Made by a program: the position numbers and the translations under genes. Below, in pieces: positions 1 to 12,750 of a stretch of 64,000 nt of DNA. Source of the DNA: Octopus vulgaris (Eukaryota); the NCBI GenBank assembly GCA_951406725.2, contig OX597817.1, positions 71,300,001 to 71,364,000 of the forward strand, written 5' to 3'. The notes under the pieces were generated by a model, which did no database searches, was not told the origin of the DNA, and saw only the letters and a program-made list of their open reading frames with translations. The first letter of the stretch is position 1, and each line of letters starts with the position of its first letter.

Positions 1-32
<32 letters not shown>

Positions 33-281
33 CTCATATACTACGGCTATACGTGCATTTCTACATATATGTAGATACGAATACAAAGACGCACATTAAT
101 GTCACATAGAAATTATTTTCTCTTGAATATCATATATTAAAACATGTGAGACCAGTTACTCGACAACCAACATTTGTGAAACTCTAAATTTTATATATAT
201 ATATGAAGGGTTTAGTTCACTGGTGATCTAAACGAATAAGCTGAGTAAGTGATATAATTGGTCATCCGTTAGGTTCCAAGT

Positions 282-387
282 TCACTCACCAAGAAGCCGA
301 TACCACACACGGACCTAGGTTTCAAGATAATAGGCAACACACCTTGAAACCTAGGTCCGTGTGTGGTATCGGCTTCTTGGTGAGTGA
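282..387. repeat. Perfect inverted repeat, 45-bp arms (282-326 / 343-387), 16-nt spacer
   Basis: tcactcaccaagaagccgataccacacacggacctaggtttcaag is the exact reverse complement of cttgaaacctaggtccgtgtgtggtatcggcttcttggtgagtga. Confidence 0.95.
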
Positions 388-512
388 TCTCCCTTTGCAA
401 GACAAAGGACGCCGTGATGGCGTCAGGCCTATCTGGTGACGTTGATGTTCGCCTGGGGCTAAATGCAACAGTGACACCCCCACCACCCTGCCCTGTCCCT
501 AGCCATATTCCC

Positions 513-516
<4 letters not shown>

Positions 517-568
<52 letters not shown>
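517..568. repeat. (TA)n microsatellite; representative of dozens of (TA)n tracts in the window, e.g. 11237-11357, 62783-62892
   Basis: Direct reading. Confidence 0.98.
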
Positions 569-571
<3 letters not shown>

Positions 572-799
572 TACATTATATGTGTGTTTGTGTTTGTGTG
601 GGTGTGTGTGTGCTTGTGTGTGTATTTATGCGTTTTTCTGTTCGGGCGTGGAGCATATGTACGTGCACATGTCTAGCAATGTTAGTAATGGAGAGAATTG
701 TATTTTTTTCTCTTTCACTTCTGTTATTTATTGTACGCCTGACCACTGAGCCAGCTTTGTAGACAAATTTTATAAATATGCGTGCGCACACACATCACA

Positions 800-906
800 C
801 TCACACACACACACGCACACACATACACACATACACACACACACGCACACACATACACACATACACACACACACGCACACACATACACACATACACACAC
901 ACACAC
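800..906. repeat. CA-rich 30-bp-period minisatellite
   Basis: acacgcacacacatacacacatacacacac repeats about 3.5 times. Confidence 0.85.
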
Positions 907-1670
907 GCTCTAACCCGTATTAGTTTAGGTGTCTGCGCAAGCGGTTTTGCGTCTATGCGAGGATGAAAAGACTTGTATGTGCAAGTATAATGAGAATTAA
1001 TATAAATATATAATATACACATATAATATACATATATAATATATACATATATGTGTGTATGTGTCTGTGTGTGTCTGTATACATACGTGTGTGTTAATGT
1101 GTATGCGTACGCTCAGATCGGAGCAAGTGTGTTGTAAAGATAAATTGAGGTATGGGTGGCGAAGCAAAGCTACAGTGCGATCAGTAACAAACTTGTTTGA
1201 AGATTAAAAGATTCTGAGATAAAAAGGAAAACAGAATAATTTCGAAAAGAAAACTTTGTTTTTTTTTAAAAAAAAAACGAAATTCTTCGACTAACGAAAC
1301 GAAAGTTAATTTGGCTAAGAGCATTATATATGCATGCTTATATATATATATATACATGCGTATGCGTATGTATATTTATGTATGTATGTATGTATGTATG
1401 TATGTATGTACATATATATGAATATGTATGTATATATATGTATGAATACACACATATATATATATGTATATATATATACTATTTGTGTATATGTATATAT
1501 GCAGATGTATGCATCCAAACACACACACATACACACACAAACACACACACACGAATACACAGAAACACACACGTGCTAGCGCACACAATTCGTGTGGTGG
1601 CAAATCTTTTATGATTTATAAAGGACCAGAATCTCGTTAAATATCAAAATAAAAATGTTTATAAATCTTA

Positions 1671-1708
1671 GTAGTATTATTATTATTATTAGTAGTAGTA
1701 GTAGTAGT

Positions 1709-1794
<86 letters not shown>
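1671..1794. repeat. Compound (TAT)n(TAG)n(CAG)n(TAG)n trinucleotide microsatellite
   Basis: Direct reading; it produces the spurious poly-Leu ORF. Confidence 0.95.
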
Positions 1795-2308
1795 AATTAT
1801 GCAATAAGTTGCTAATAAGGAAATGTGTGTGTGTGTGTGTTGTGTAACGAAGAGAACAAATCTTGCAGAATCAGACACGGGACAGAAATTATTAAATGTA
1901 ATGGAGGATGTCTGGTGAATTAGATAACAACTTGTTTGTTGATTGATTACCCAATTTCGATGGAACTAACCAATAGTGGAGCCTCTTCATCATCGCTGTG
2001 CATGCTAAATATAGCAGCCAAATTACCCACACGCCGAATAACATGCGTCCGTCTCAAAGGAAAACGAAAGTACATATTAATGTAGTCATAATGCCTTCTT
2101 CTTACCGTCAAACAGTCTTGTTAAAAACTGGTGCCAAATCTATATCAAATCGTACGCTTCCATCGTAAAGCGTAAAGGTCAATGTGGATCTGCTTGAGTG
2201 ATTTTCAAAGTTTTACTTTTTTTTCTTTTTTTTCAGTGACGCACGCTCAACTCAGATGGAACGCTATCACCATTGTTTTAAAAGTTTCGAGTTTTAATAC
2301 GAACATTC

Positions 2309-2397
<89 letters not shown>
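2309..2397. repeat. (ATCT)n microsatellite; others at 3488-3560, 9529-9629, 28153-28275, 29015-29276, 38511-38720, 39051-39130, 32842-32914, 50119-50368
   Basis: Direct reading. Confidence 0.97.
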
Positions 2398-2412
2398 CAT
2401 ACCTCTCTCTCT

Positions 2413-3484
2413 ATGGAACGCATTCTCTTCCGCTTCTTGTGGAAAGGATGCGATCCGTTTACTGCCAAGACCCGTTAAAAGGAGGGCTGGGCATGCCGTG
2501 GTTGATGATGCGTAGACACGCGCTGAGACTGCGACATCTCCGGCTCTACGTAGACGATAGTGAACAGGTGTGGTCACCATTTGTGAGGCGTGCTTTCCCG
2601 CAAGTCGACCATGACCGAACTGCAGTCGTGGATCAAAAAGAGGCCGAGGAAGGGCGAATGGAACCGCGAGTGTCGCGTTGCTCTCAAGCAACTCTGCCGT
2701 CCCGGGGTCGACCTTGAGCAACTGCAACACAACCAAATCATTCTATAGGGGATTAGTGGAGGGGAGGTACGACGACGATCTTGGGGCGAACCTGGGCGTC
2801 GTCGAGGAATACCTGACCTGCCTGTTCAAGACGACTTTCGGGCCGGGACCTATGGACAACTTCTAGAGATCCCTGGCCTGGCAGTGCTATCGAGAAGCGC
2901 TACCTGTTCGGGATAAACTCTACAGGCATAGCTCGAGAAACACGGGGCCGACCTGCCCGAAATGCGGACAGAGCGACGAAACCGTTCTGCACGCACTCGT
3001 ACAGTGTCTAAGCATTTCCGACCTGTGGTCCTATGTCGAACGACTGCTATCGCGCGTGGGATGAGTCAGTTTTATCAACCGAGTCTATCGGGAATATTGT
3101 CATGACTCCTTCGTTGAAACGGGAAGGAAGAGCCATTTTCATCTTACTTGTGGCTATGGCAAAAGAATGTGTATGGTGGATGCGTCTGAAAGGTCTAAAT
3201 ACAACCACTTTCCTCTCTGGTGAATCTCTCATCTTTTCCGTAGGCTTTTCTATCCGCGGATAATTCTAATCTGTTTCCCCTTTTACATTATAACATTTCT
3301 GTAATACACGATCACTATTGATCGGCTTCCGTTTTTTTCTCCCACGATCCCTTTTGATCGAAATTCTACCCCCATCATTTTTTTTCTTTCCTTCCCCAAA
3401 AGAAAATGTCTACTTTGTATTTTGTCCGCTCTGTGTTCAGCCCTGTGTGATCAATAAAGAAACACATTTAATAAAGAAACACAT

Positions 3485-3487
<3 letters not shown>
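2413..3487 (+). mobile_element. 5'-truncated, frameshifted L1/Tx1-like LINE: ORF2 C-terminus with zf-RVT zinc knuckle plus 3' UTR
   Basis: Joined frames read MERILFRFLWKG..SVYCQDPLKGGLGMPWL..., then RSLAWQCYREALPVRDKLYRH...CPKCGQSDETVLHALVQC..LWSYV. The FLW/GGLG and CxxC-E-H-C motifs are typical of L1/Tx1 ORF2. The element is GC-rich and ends in a duplicated aataaagaaacacattt. Confidence 0.85.
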
Positions 3488-3558
<71 letters not shown>

Positions 3559-3617
3559 GTCTGTCTGTCTGTCTGTCTATCTGTCTGTCTGTCTGTCCGT
3601 GTGTCTGTGTGCGTCTG

Positions 3618-3699
<82 letters not shown>

Positions 3700-3865
3700 A
3701 GTATATATGTATATGTATGTGTATGTATATGTATCTATGTATATGTATGTATATAATGAATATGTATATATATATATATATATATATGTATGTTTGTATG
3801 TATGTATATATATGTATGTATGTTTGCATATATATATGTGTATATATGTATGTATATATGTATGC

Positions 3866-3904
<39 letters not shown>

Positions 3905-4316
3905 AATATATATATACATACACATATATCTAATCTAATTAATGTGAATGTCAGTTTGTCACACTTTTTCAACTTTACTTCTAGCGGCCGTAGCCCAACA
4001 TATACCATTTTGGAATCAGGCCCATTCCGTAAATTAATTAAAAACACTCCGGGCCGAATCGGGACCCGCAATCCTGAAATTTTAGATTCCCCAATTTTCA
4101 TTACGACTAAAAAAAGTAAATAAAAATTAAGGGGAGATAACTAATAAAGGAAGCAAAGGGAAGTAATTCAACTTATTTAACTTATTTTGCCAAAATGAGG
4201 TTACACCACACCAAAATTAGTTTAGTTTAGAATTGGCAATCGATCGAGATGTCTCGTGGAAGACCAGTGGCACTGCAGTTTATTGTACCCGAGTTGAAAT
4301 CCTCAATCGCGAAACA

Positions 4317-4754
4317 ATGTTAGAAGAACCGTGGAACATTACTAAGTTTGCAGAATCATTAAACAACATTCTACTATGGTTGGCACGGCGCCGTTTAATT
4401 ATGAAAAGGTACACCTGTGAATATTGCAAGTCATCATGTGGCCCTATCATAAGTGGTAACATTATTGACGGAAAAGTTTGGTACTGCAAGCTTTGTAAAA
4501 CGCAAAAATCAATCCGTCACAGGTCATACTTTGACAAAAGCCATGTGCTCCTGTATAACATTCTGTTAATCATTTATTGTTGGTCACGCGATATGTTGCC
4601 AAATGATATGATGCATGAATCTTCTGTACAAAGTAGAACTACGATCGTTGATTAGAGTAATTTCAGTCGAGCAATATTTGATGCTTGGCTCGAACAAAAT
4701 TCAATGCAAATTGGCGGCATTGATGCTAATGGGCAACCAGTTGTTGTGGAGATG
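4317..4754 (+). pseudogene. Merlin/IS1595(ISXO2)-like transposase N-terminal fragment with one in-frame stop
   Basis: Reads CEYC...WYCKLCKTQKSIRHRSYFDKSHVLLYNILLIIYCW...TTIVD*SNFSR...QIGG...VVVEM. This matches the Merlin zinc-ribbon, SIR, DW.NF.R and IGG..VVE(I)D pattern, and it is truncated just before the first catalytic Asp. Confidence 0.8.
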
Positions 4755-4755
4755 G

Positions 4756-4977
4756 TTCAAAAGACTTCAGTTTCCAGTGTGAGTGAGCTATGAACTGTCA
4801 ATCAATAGGTCCCAAGTACAGTTACTGAAAGTAACTGGGCTTCATCTGATGGAACCCTGCTTTTCTCATAGCCAGCTCTATGTTGGTTGTTCAAAGGTTG
4901 GGAATGGAAACAAGCTATTTGTACTGACTCCGAATGGGAAGACCAAAAAGGTTGTTCATCGTGCAGATTTGCAATAA
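4756..4977 (+). pseudogene. Helitron RepHel PIF1-helicase C-terminal fragment
   Basis: FKRLQFPV*VSYELSINRSQVQLLKVTGLHLMEPCFSHSQLYVGCSKVG matches helicase motifs V/VI (RxQFPxxxxFAxTINKSQGQ..FSHGQLYVxxSRV). Confidence 0.85.
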
Positions 4978-5122
4978 GTTCCAAATAGACAAATTATATC
5001 ATTGTTTTGATGAAAACGTTCAAGTTTAATAAAATTTAATATGTACTCAATGCATGTAAAGCAGTGTTGGGCCCAAGGCCCAATGAAGAGCCCTCCGCAG
5101 GAGCTAGCCTATAAGCCGCCTT

Positions 5123-5158
<36 letters not shown>

Positions 5159-5455
5159 GCCAATATATATATTGAGAGCGTCAGCCTTGTAGAGTCCGCG
5201 CACCACACCACCGCGGCGGCTCCACCCTTATCTGCCGGCTTTACGATAATGTCTGCCGCGTCGAAGACATCGAAGAGCCGAGAGTTCGACTGAGATGTTC
5301 AGATGTCGGGGACGCCTGGGAAAGTTAAACCAGTCCACAACACGTTGACAGATGTCCGCAAAATGATCGACTCCTTGGAACTGGCCAGTAGCTGGCGTTC
5401 AGTGGGAAGGTCGGCGGCCCAGGTCGGTGAAGCAGTCCTTTTCGTTAGATGCATG

Positions 5456-5495
<40 letters not shown>

Positions 5496-6023
5496 TATAT
5501 ATATATACACATACATGCATACATACATACATACATACATACATACAGACAGACAGACAGACAGACAGACATACGTGTGTGTGTGTGTGTGTGGGGGGCG
5601 TGTGTATGTATGTATACAGTGTATACAGCTGTGCTAATCTTCATATCCGAGGACCCATTTGTTTACATTTTCGCGTGAAGAGTTCAGACACGGAATCCTA
5701 TTGTTAGTCGCGTGTCTGTTAGGCTTAACACAATAATCACGCCCAAGGGCATACGAGAAAGAGCTCAGTACTTGACACCATTTGTATTCTCTACAGATGT
5801 AGAAATATACCCGGTACCGGGTGCTGAAAGACGCAAATCACTATAGAGTGGAATATATTTAGTTTATCGAAATTTCTATTGATTTCAATTTGGGACGAGA
5901 TGTGTAACTTACGATGTTATCGCATTTTGTGCACCTTCTGTCGTCTATACTAGCCCTGTATGTGTTCGAAGCTTACTATCTTCCGACACTTGGATCCCTG
6001 AATCATAATTACCAATAATTATG

Positions 6024-6072
<49 letters not shown>

Positions 6073-6825
6073 ACATGCACATGCACGCACGTAAACACAC
6101 ACACTCATATATGCATACACACTTCACTCAGCATGGAGCATCGGGCATACATATACACACACACTGTCTCTATCTCCCTCTCTCTCTTCCTTCCTCCACA
6201 CGATATAGAGCGAGCTTTCATACAGTTTTTGTCAACCATATTCAACTTAAAAAGCATTGGTCCAGCGAAGTCTACAATAATAAAAATAATAAAAAAAAAA
6301 AAAATATAACACTTGCTTGAGTTCCTTCACAGTAAAATCGAACCCAAATGGCCTTTTCTGCAAATCTGTGCTTCAAAATTAGAAGCCAAAAATATTCAAA
6401 AATAAATTTGTGATTTACAAAAGAAACCTAAAGATGAAAAATAAAAACAGCTTTGTTATCGTAGAAAACATTTTATAGAAGGCTAGCTAGCAGTATGGTT
6501 AAACATAAAGCACTGAAAGAAGAGAAAATGCTCATTTACAGCGGAAATATCATAACATGTAAGAATACAGCAGTGAGGCGTTACGAAACAAAAGCAGTTT
6601 AGCTCTGGCAGACAATATATTATTTAAAGCAAGCTATCAATACATTGAGGTTGGACATAAAAGGATAGTAACAGAATGAGATAAAACGTTAGTAACTATA
6701 AATAGTTACAAACAATCTTTGCAAGACTTCAGAGCACACATACTTTCTTTGATGTTACTGGTGCTGTACGAACTGATTTTCTCTCTAGACAAATAGCTTT
6801 AATTTTTAAACAGAAGACCAGTTGT

Positions 6826-7245
6826 AATAATCCTTTCTACTGAAGGCACAAGGCCTGAAATTTGTGGAGAGGAGATGAATCGATTACATCAACTCCAGTG
6901 TTTCACTGGTACTTAATTTATCGACCCCGAAAGGATGAAAGACAAAGTCGACCTCTGGGGAATTTGAACTCAAAACTTAGCGGCAGACGAAATACTGCTA
7001 AGCAATTCGCCCGGCGTGCTAACGATTATTTCTTTATTGCCCACAAGGGGCTAAACATAAAGGGGACAAACAAGGACAGGCAAAGGTATACAGTCGATTA
7101 CGTCGACCCCAGTGCTTAATCTATCGACCCCGAAAGGATGAAAGGCAAAGTCAACCTCGGCGGAATTTGAACTCAGGACGTAACTCAGACAAAATACTGC
7201 TAAGCATTTCGCCCGGCGTGCTAACGATTCTGCCAGCTCGCCACC
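6826..7245 (-). mobile_element. Dimeric tRNA-derived SINE (Meta/MESC-like core): tail-A unit followed by tail-B unit
   Basis: Two copies of tcgaccccgaaaggatgaaa(g/a)gcaaagtc..gaatttgaactc; A- and B-box-like head on the minus strand. Confidence 0.85.
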
Positions 7246-7932
7246 TTAAATCCATTTGTAATAATGATTTCTAACTTGAAAATTATGATGCATATTTAGT
7301 GGGGAAAAGAGAAGAGTTGATAATATCCATCCGAATGCCTGTAACTAATACTTATACTATAGACTCCTGGTAAATCAAAGCGAAGCTGACTTTGGTGGGA
7401 TTTGATCTCAGAGGAAGGGAAATGAATTGTTCCAATAGAGCAAAGTTACCTGGGATCAAAGAATCCCGCAGAGTTTTGATTACCCTATGTGCCAAAAGCA
7501 AGTGTTCTACACTTCTGGTCACCTGGCTTAAAGGCGCAGGTTGCGATTGTGACTTTACTCTCAGATATACAAACGCACCACATCGGAGGAACTTACTCTA
7601 CGTTCTTTACTTTAAAAAAGCTGATAAGCACTTACTAAAAGTGTGTCTTCAGTTCTTTTCAGTTTTGCTTTTCGTACATTATAGTTCACCATGGTCGAAA
7701 AAGAGATAAATGCTTCCCACTTCTGGACTAAAGAAGATGGCAGAACGATGTTCACGATGGACTCAAGACAATAATTTTTCAAAAATTTTCGCGCACCCTT
7801 GGAAGGCTCGGTTGAAATCACTTCCATTCCTGTAGTATTTATTCTTAGCTGACAATGACCCTCTTCTAGCGCTATCAGACCAGGGATTTCATGACGTTGT
7901 TTTTAGTCTGTAGGTGTAGAACATTTAAGTAC

Positions 7933-8268
7933 TCTTTTACTCTTTTACTTGTTTCAGGACTTATTCTTTGTAAGTCTGGTACTTATTCTATCGGTCACTT
8001 TTGCCGAATCGCTATGTTACGGGGACGTAAACACACCAGCATCGGTTGTCAAGCGATATTGGGGGGTAGAGACAAACACAGACACACAAACATATACACA
8101 CACATACATATATATATACATATATACGACGGGCTTCTTTCAGTTTCCATCTATCAAACCCACTCCATTAACAAGGCTTTGGTTGGCCCGAGGCTATAGT
8201 AGAAAACACTTGCCCAAGGCACCACGTGGTTGGTCAGCAAACTACTTACCACACAGCCACTCCTGCGT
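7933..8268 (-). mobile_element. Second SINE family, CORE-like; degenerate copies at about 32955-33255(-), 40370-40545(-), 42340-42500(-), 44760-44935(+), 54530-54752(+), 58385-58612(+)
   Basis: Reverse complement contains ccttgggcaagtgttttctactatagcctcgggcc..gccttg..gga aactgaaagaagcccgtcgt, an internal CA/TA tract and a gaaacaagtaaaag tail, shared among the listed copies. Confidence 0.7.
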
Positions 8269-8340
8269 TTCTTGAAGTTTAAGAAATGAATGGGTAAAAA
8301 GTCAATGGATCGAACTGGATAAATTTACATTTGATTCAAA

Positions 8341-8540
8341 TATTGGTTTCAAATTTTGGCACAAGGTCAGCAAGTTGAGGAGAGAAGCTAAGTTTATTAT
8401 ATCGAACACAATGCTGAACCGGTAATTACTTTATCGACGCCGAAAAGATGAAAGACAACGTCGACGGAATTTGACCTCAGAATGTAAAGGTGGACAAATA
8501 TTTTGTCCGGTGTGCTAACGATTCTGCCAGCACGCCGTCT
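8341..8540 (-). mobile_element. Meta-like SINE copy
   Basis: tttatcgacgccgaaaagatgaaagac...ctaacgattctgccagc; head-to-head with the next copy. Confidence 0.8.
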
Positions 8541-8559
8541 TACTTCTCATTCTGGTACT

Positions 8560-8857
8560 AGGCGACGAGCAGGCAGAATCGTTACTGTACCGCACAATAA
8601 GCTCTACAGCATTTCGTCTGTCTCTGCGTTCTGAGTTCAAATTCTGCGGAGGTCGACTTTGTCTTTCAGCCCTTTCGGCGTCAATAAAATGAGCACTGCA
8701 CAAGTACTGGGGTTGATGTAATCAACTTGCCTTCTCCCCCGAAATTTCAGGCTTTGTACCTATAATAAAAAGTACCACTTGAACACTGAAGTCGATATAA
8801 TCGACTTATTTCTTCTTCCGGAATTGCTAGCCTTGTGTCAGAACTTGAAACCAATAT
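8560..8857 (+). mobile_element. Meta-like SINE copy with a duplicated 3' portion
   Basis: ggcgacgagcaggcagaatcgtta...ctgagttcaaattctgcggaggtcgactttg; the agtacca..gtcgat..aatcgactt tail occurs twice. Confidence 0.8.
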
Positions 8858-9528
8858 TACAAAGGATTTAAATATGTTATCGGTACAAGTGTGCTGTCGC
8901 AATATCCTAACTTTCTTAATTATGGAGATATACTGTTTAGATATGTTTATTTACTCTCCTAACTTCACTGTTAGCGGCGTTAATAAATCAGTATTTGAAC
9001 TTTTCATGCAGTTCTAATTGCAATTCTTCTGTATCATACTTTGGAATGTATGATTGCGATGCAATTCCTCTCTATCATACTTTGGAATTTACCAAATCAT
9101 ATTTAGTGTTTGATGGATACAAATCACAAATCCACCTTTAAATTCATAAATAGGAAGAATACAACAGCTTGTAAATAAAATAAAAAATTTCATCATAGGA
9201 ATAAATTTCATTTCTGTAGTTTACAAGAATGTACGCGAATTAGATTAATGCATCACCTACACAAACCGTTCTCCCGCCATACCTAAACCAACTGACAACT
9301 CGGATGAAGAGAAACAGAAGCCTGCTTCATATCTGTGGTATTATCTAACTGTATTGGATCTCTTATTACTAAAGACTCTTATCTAAGCATTCCCTCTGGC
9401 ATTAAACCCTGAATAACGAGATGTAAAGTGACCTTAGCTAATATATCAATAAATTTACTTCGACTTAGATATTATATTCTCTATCCTTGTTTAGAAATAA
9501 GAAACATTCACAAAACATGACACTGTGG

Positions 9529-9629
<101 letters not shown>

Positions 9630-9783
9630 CACACACACGCACACACGCATGCACGCACGCACGCACTTACACACACACATACACACACACACACATACAC
9701 ATTAGCAGCACCTATAATTACATACTCCATGCAAGGAATTATTGAAATAACAATGTTGTAAACTCACATTTTATGTCAAAGGC

Positions 9784-9839
<56 letters not shown>

Positions 9840-10352
9840 TATATTACAAGACATTTCAAAACCGTTCTTAGAATTTCACAATCTCAGCCTATTATTCTAT
9901 ATAACATTTGTTGCTGCCCAAATTTAAACTAAAGTGTAATGTTTCTTAATTAAAGACCGGAATCTATTTTATTGGAGAAATTGCAGAAAGAACAGCAAAT
10001 GAGACACTTATTGCATAATATGCAAATCACAAGAAATGATAATGGTAGTCTTCAAAGATATAATGCATTAAGATTGCAAACATGTAAAAGGATGAAATTT
10101 GGATAACGCAAGCCAACCATTTCTTTTCAACCATGCTTTCTAACTATTATATTTATCTATCACATCAGCAAACGAAGCATATAGCAAAACGAATATTATG
10201 ACTTCAATCAAGGAGAGAGATATTGATGCATATATTCAAAAGATGTTTACAGTCGAACATATATTTCCATTTATATACGCATTTATACCTACATAGATGC
10301 TGAGAAGCCTATATAGAGGCATTCATGCAGGCATCAACATATATATATATAT

Positions 10353-10425
<73 letters not shown>

Positions 10426-10640
10426 GTGAGCGTTGCATATATATATATATATATGTATACATATATATATATATATACAAACATAGAGAGAGATAGGGAA
10501 TAGATAGCTACACTGATACAAACAAACACACAGCACTCATATCGATAAATATTCGTTCCAATGTGAGTTCATATACACTATTTTATGAGTTCACACAACG
10601 CCATATTACATATTACATATATATATATATATATCAATAT

Positions 10641-10701
<61 letters not shown>

Positions 10702-11233
10702 TTACATACATATAAATATATATATGTGTGTGTGTGCGTGTGTGCGTGCGTGTGTGTGTGTGTATGTATGCATGTATGTATGGATGTATGTATGTATAAA
10801 TGCTTGCATACATATACTTGAACTGATAAATGCAAAAGAAGACCTATATTCATAATATACAAATATATGGGTGCATCACTTTCTGCATCTCTCTTTATAC
10901 AGACATACATGAACACACACACACACACACATACACACACACACACACACACGCATATATATATATTCAGATACAAGTGTATATATGCGCATAAATAGTT
11001 GAATAAATATATTTATTGGCTGGGAGATATACATCGAAAGTAATTTAGTTAAGCAAATAAACACACGGGTACACACAAACGTGGTTATATTCACTTATAT
11101 ATATATATATATGTTCATGAGTGTGGAATATAAGTGACTGAACAAGAATATCTTCACAGAAATATGTGCATGCGTGCATGTATGTGTGAATACATGACGT
11201 ATATGTATGAGGGTATGTAAACAAATCCGCATA

Positions 11234-11357
<124 letters not shown>

Positions 11358-11446
11358 GCATATATGAATACACTTGCATGCACTACTACTTACACATATA
11401 CGGTGAGTGTGTGTGTATATATGTATACACACAATACATACAAAAA

Positions 11447-11485
<39 letters not shown>

Positions 11486-12079
11486 ATTTTTATGCGTATG
11501 TATATTCCTATATTTCATATATTTGCTTTCAATATCATATCCGACATCTCTCTCAAATGTTTCCTAGAAATCCATTTATTCCATGATGCTTTGATTACAG
11601 AAGCAGTTTAGATAACCACAGAACCACCCCCATATATATATATATATATATATATAAGTATGTATGTATGTATGTATGTATGTATGTATGTATGTATGTA
11701 TGTATGTATGTATGTATGTATGTATGTATGTATGTATGTATGTATGTATGTACACGTTCACAACTGGGCTTCTAGTTTTCTTTCTTATTCATTATTTCAT
11801 CGTTTTACGTATCAAGCCATCTTCAATAAGCTTTTTTTTCTACACTATTACATTTTTCATAGTATTCTCTTATTTACAAAGAAAAAAAAGAAAAAAATAA
11901 ATAAAAAATAACACACGCCCAAGTAAATAACAAGAAAACAACAACAGCAATAACAACCACAACAACAAGAGGAAGAAAAAAGAAGAGTAATAATAATCGT
12001 AATAAAATTTCTTTTATTGCCCAATAAAAGAAGGTTAATGGCGGAGCTGTTGAATTTGATTAAATTTCTCTTTACACAC

Positions 12080-12129
<50 letters not shown>

Positions 12130-12414
12130 TTGTTCAAGAAGGGAACTTTGATATAAGCTATATATGATGGTAGAATTTATGTATTTTTGCAGATCTATCA
12201 CCCTAAAACATTTCTATTCGACTTCCCTATCACTTATAAGGAGGAGAAATGAAATAATATTACTACCACGCTCTTAGCCTTCCCTTATATACGTTTGATA
12301 TCTGAGCTGTAGGAAAAGTGCCACCCCAAACCCCACTCCCAACCGCACTTATTACATGAAAGTAAACCCCAGTTATTATATGAAGTTAAATGACACCCTT
12401 TGCGTACTCATTCG

Positions 12415-12750
12415 ACTTGCTGGAAACAGCAATCCAATGTCCTTGGAAACCCACATTGCCATCCTCATGACTGTGTGGTCGCACGACTTACTAGATTAGC
12501 AACCAAATCTCCCACAATTCCACACTATCATCTTGAAAACTGCGCAGTGGTCTTTTTTGTCGGAAAAAAGAAGCCAAATCTCTTTCATATCCCACTCTAC
12601 CATCTCTACAAAAGGACACCATAGGTCATCCTGTACAATGTAGTCCATGATATGCAATATCTAAAAATAGATATGGAATGGTCACGACTGGAATGCCGTT
12701 TATCATAGTTCTGTTCATTAGAGATGACCTGGTGTAAAAAGAATAACCAT
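12415..12750. repeat. Unclassified modular interspersed repeat: tandem gaaatagcagccaaatctccctcaaatcacacc-like modules plus a common end. Copies at about 2003-2190, 27325-27545, 47320-47430, 51235-51420, 60910-61365
   Basis: Shared module, and a shared ggataatgtagtc...ggtca(c/t)g(a/g)ctggaatg..tttgatcatag end across the copies. Confidence 0.6.

Larger units (their letters stand above)
3929..5107 (+). mobile_element. Defective Helitron carrying an internal Merlin transposase fragment
   Basis: 5' end A|TCTAATCTAATTAATG..gtttgtc; PIF1 helicase C-terminus at 4756-4977; subterminal hairpins ttgggcc-caa-ggcccaa and ctcc-gca-ggag; CTAG at 5104-5107. Confidence 0.7.

Noticed and set aside
4233-4977. 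Functional transposase-helicase fusion gene
   Set aside because: Both parts have in-frame stops, they are in different frames, and the catalytic domains are absent.
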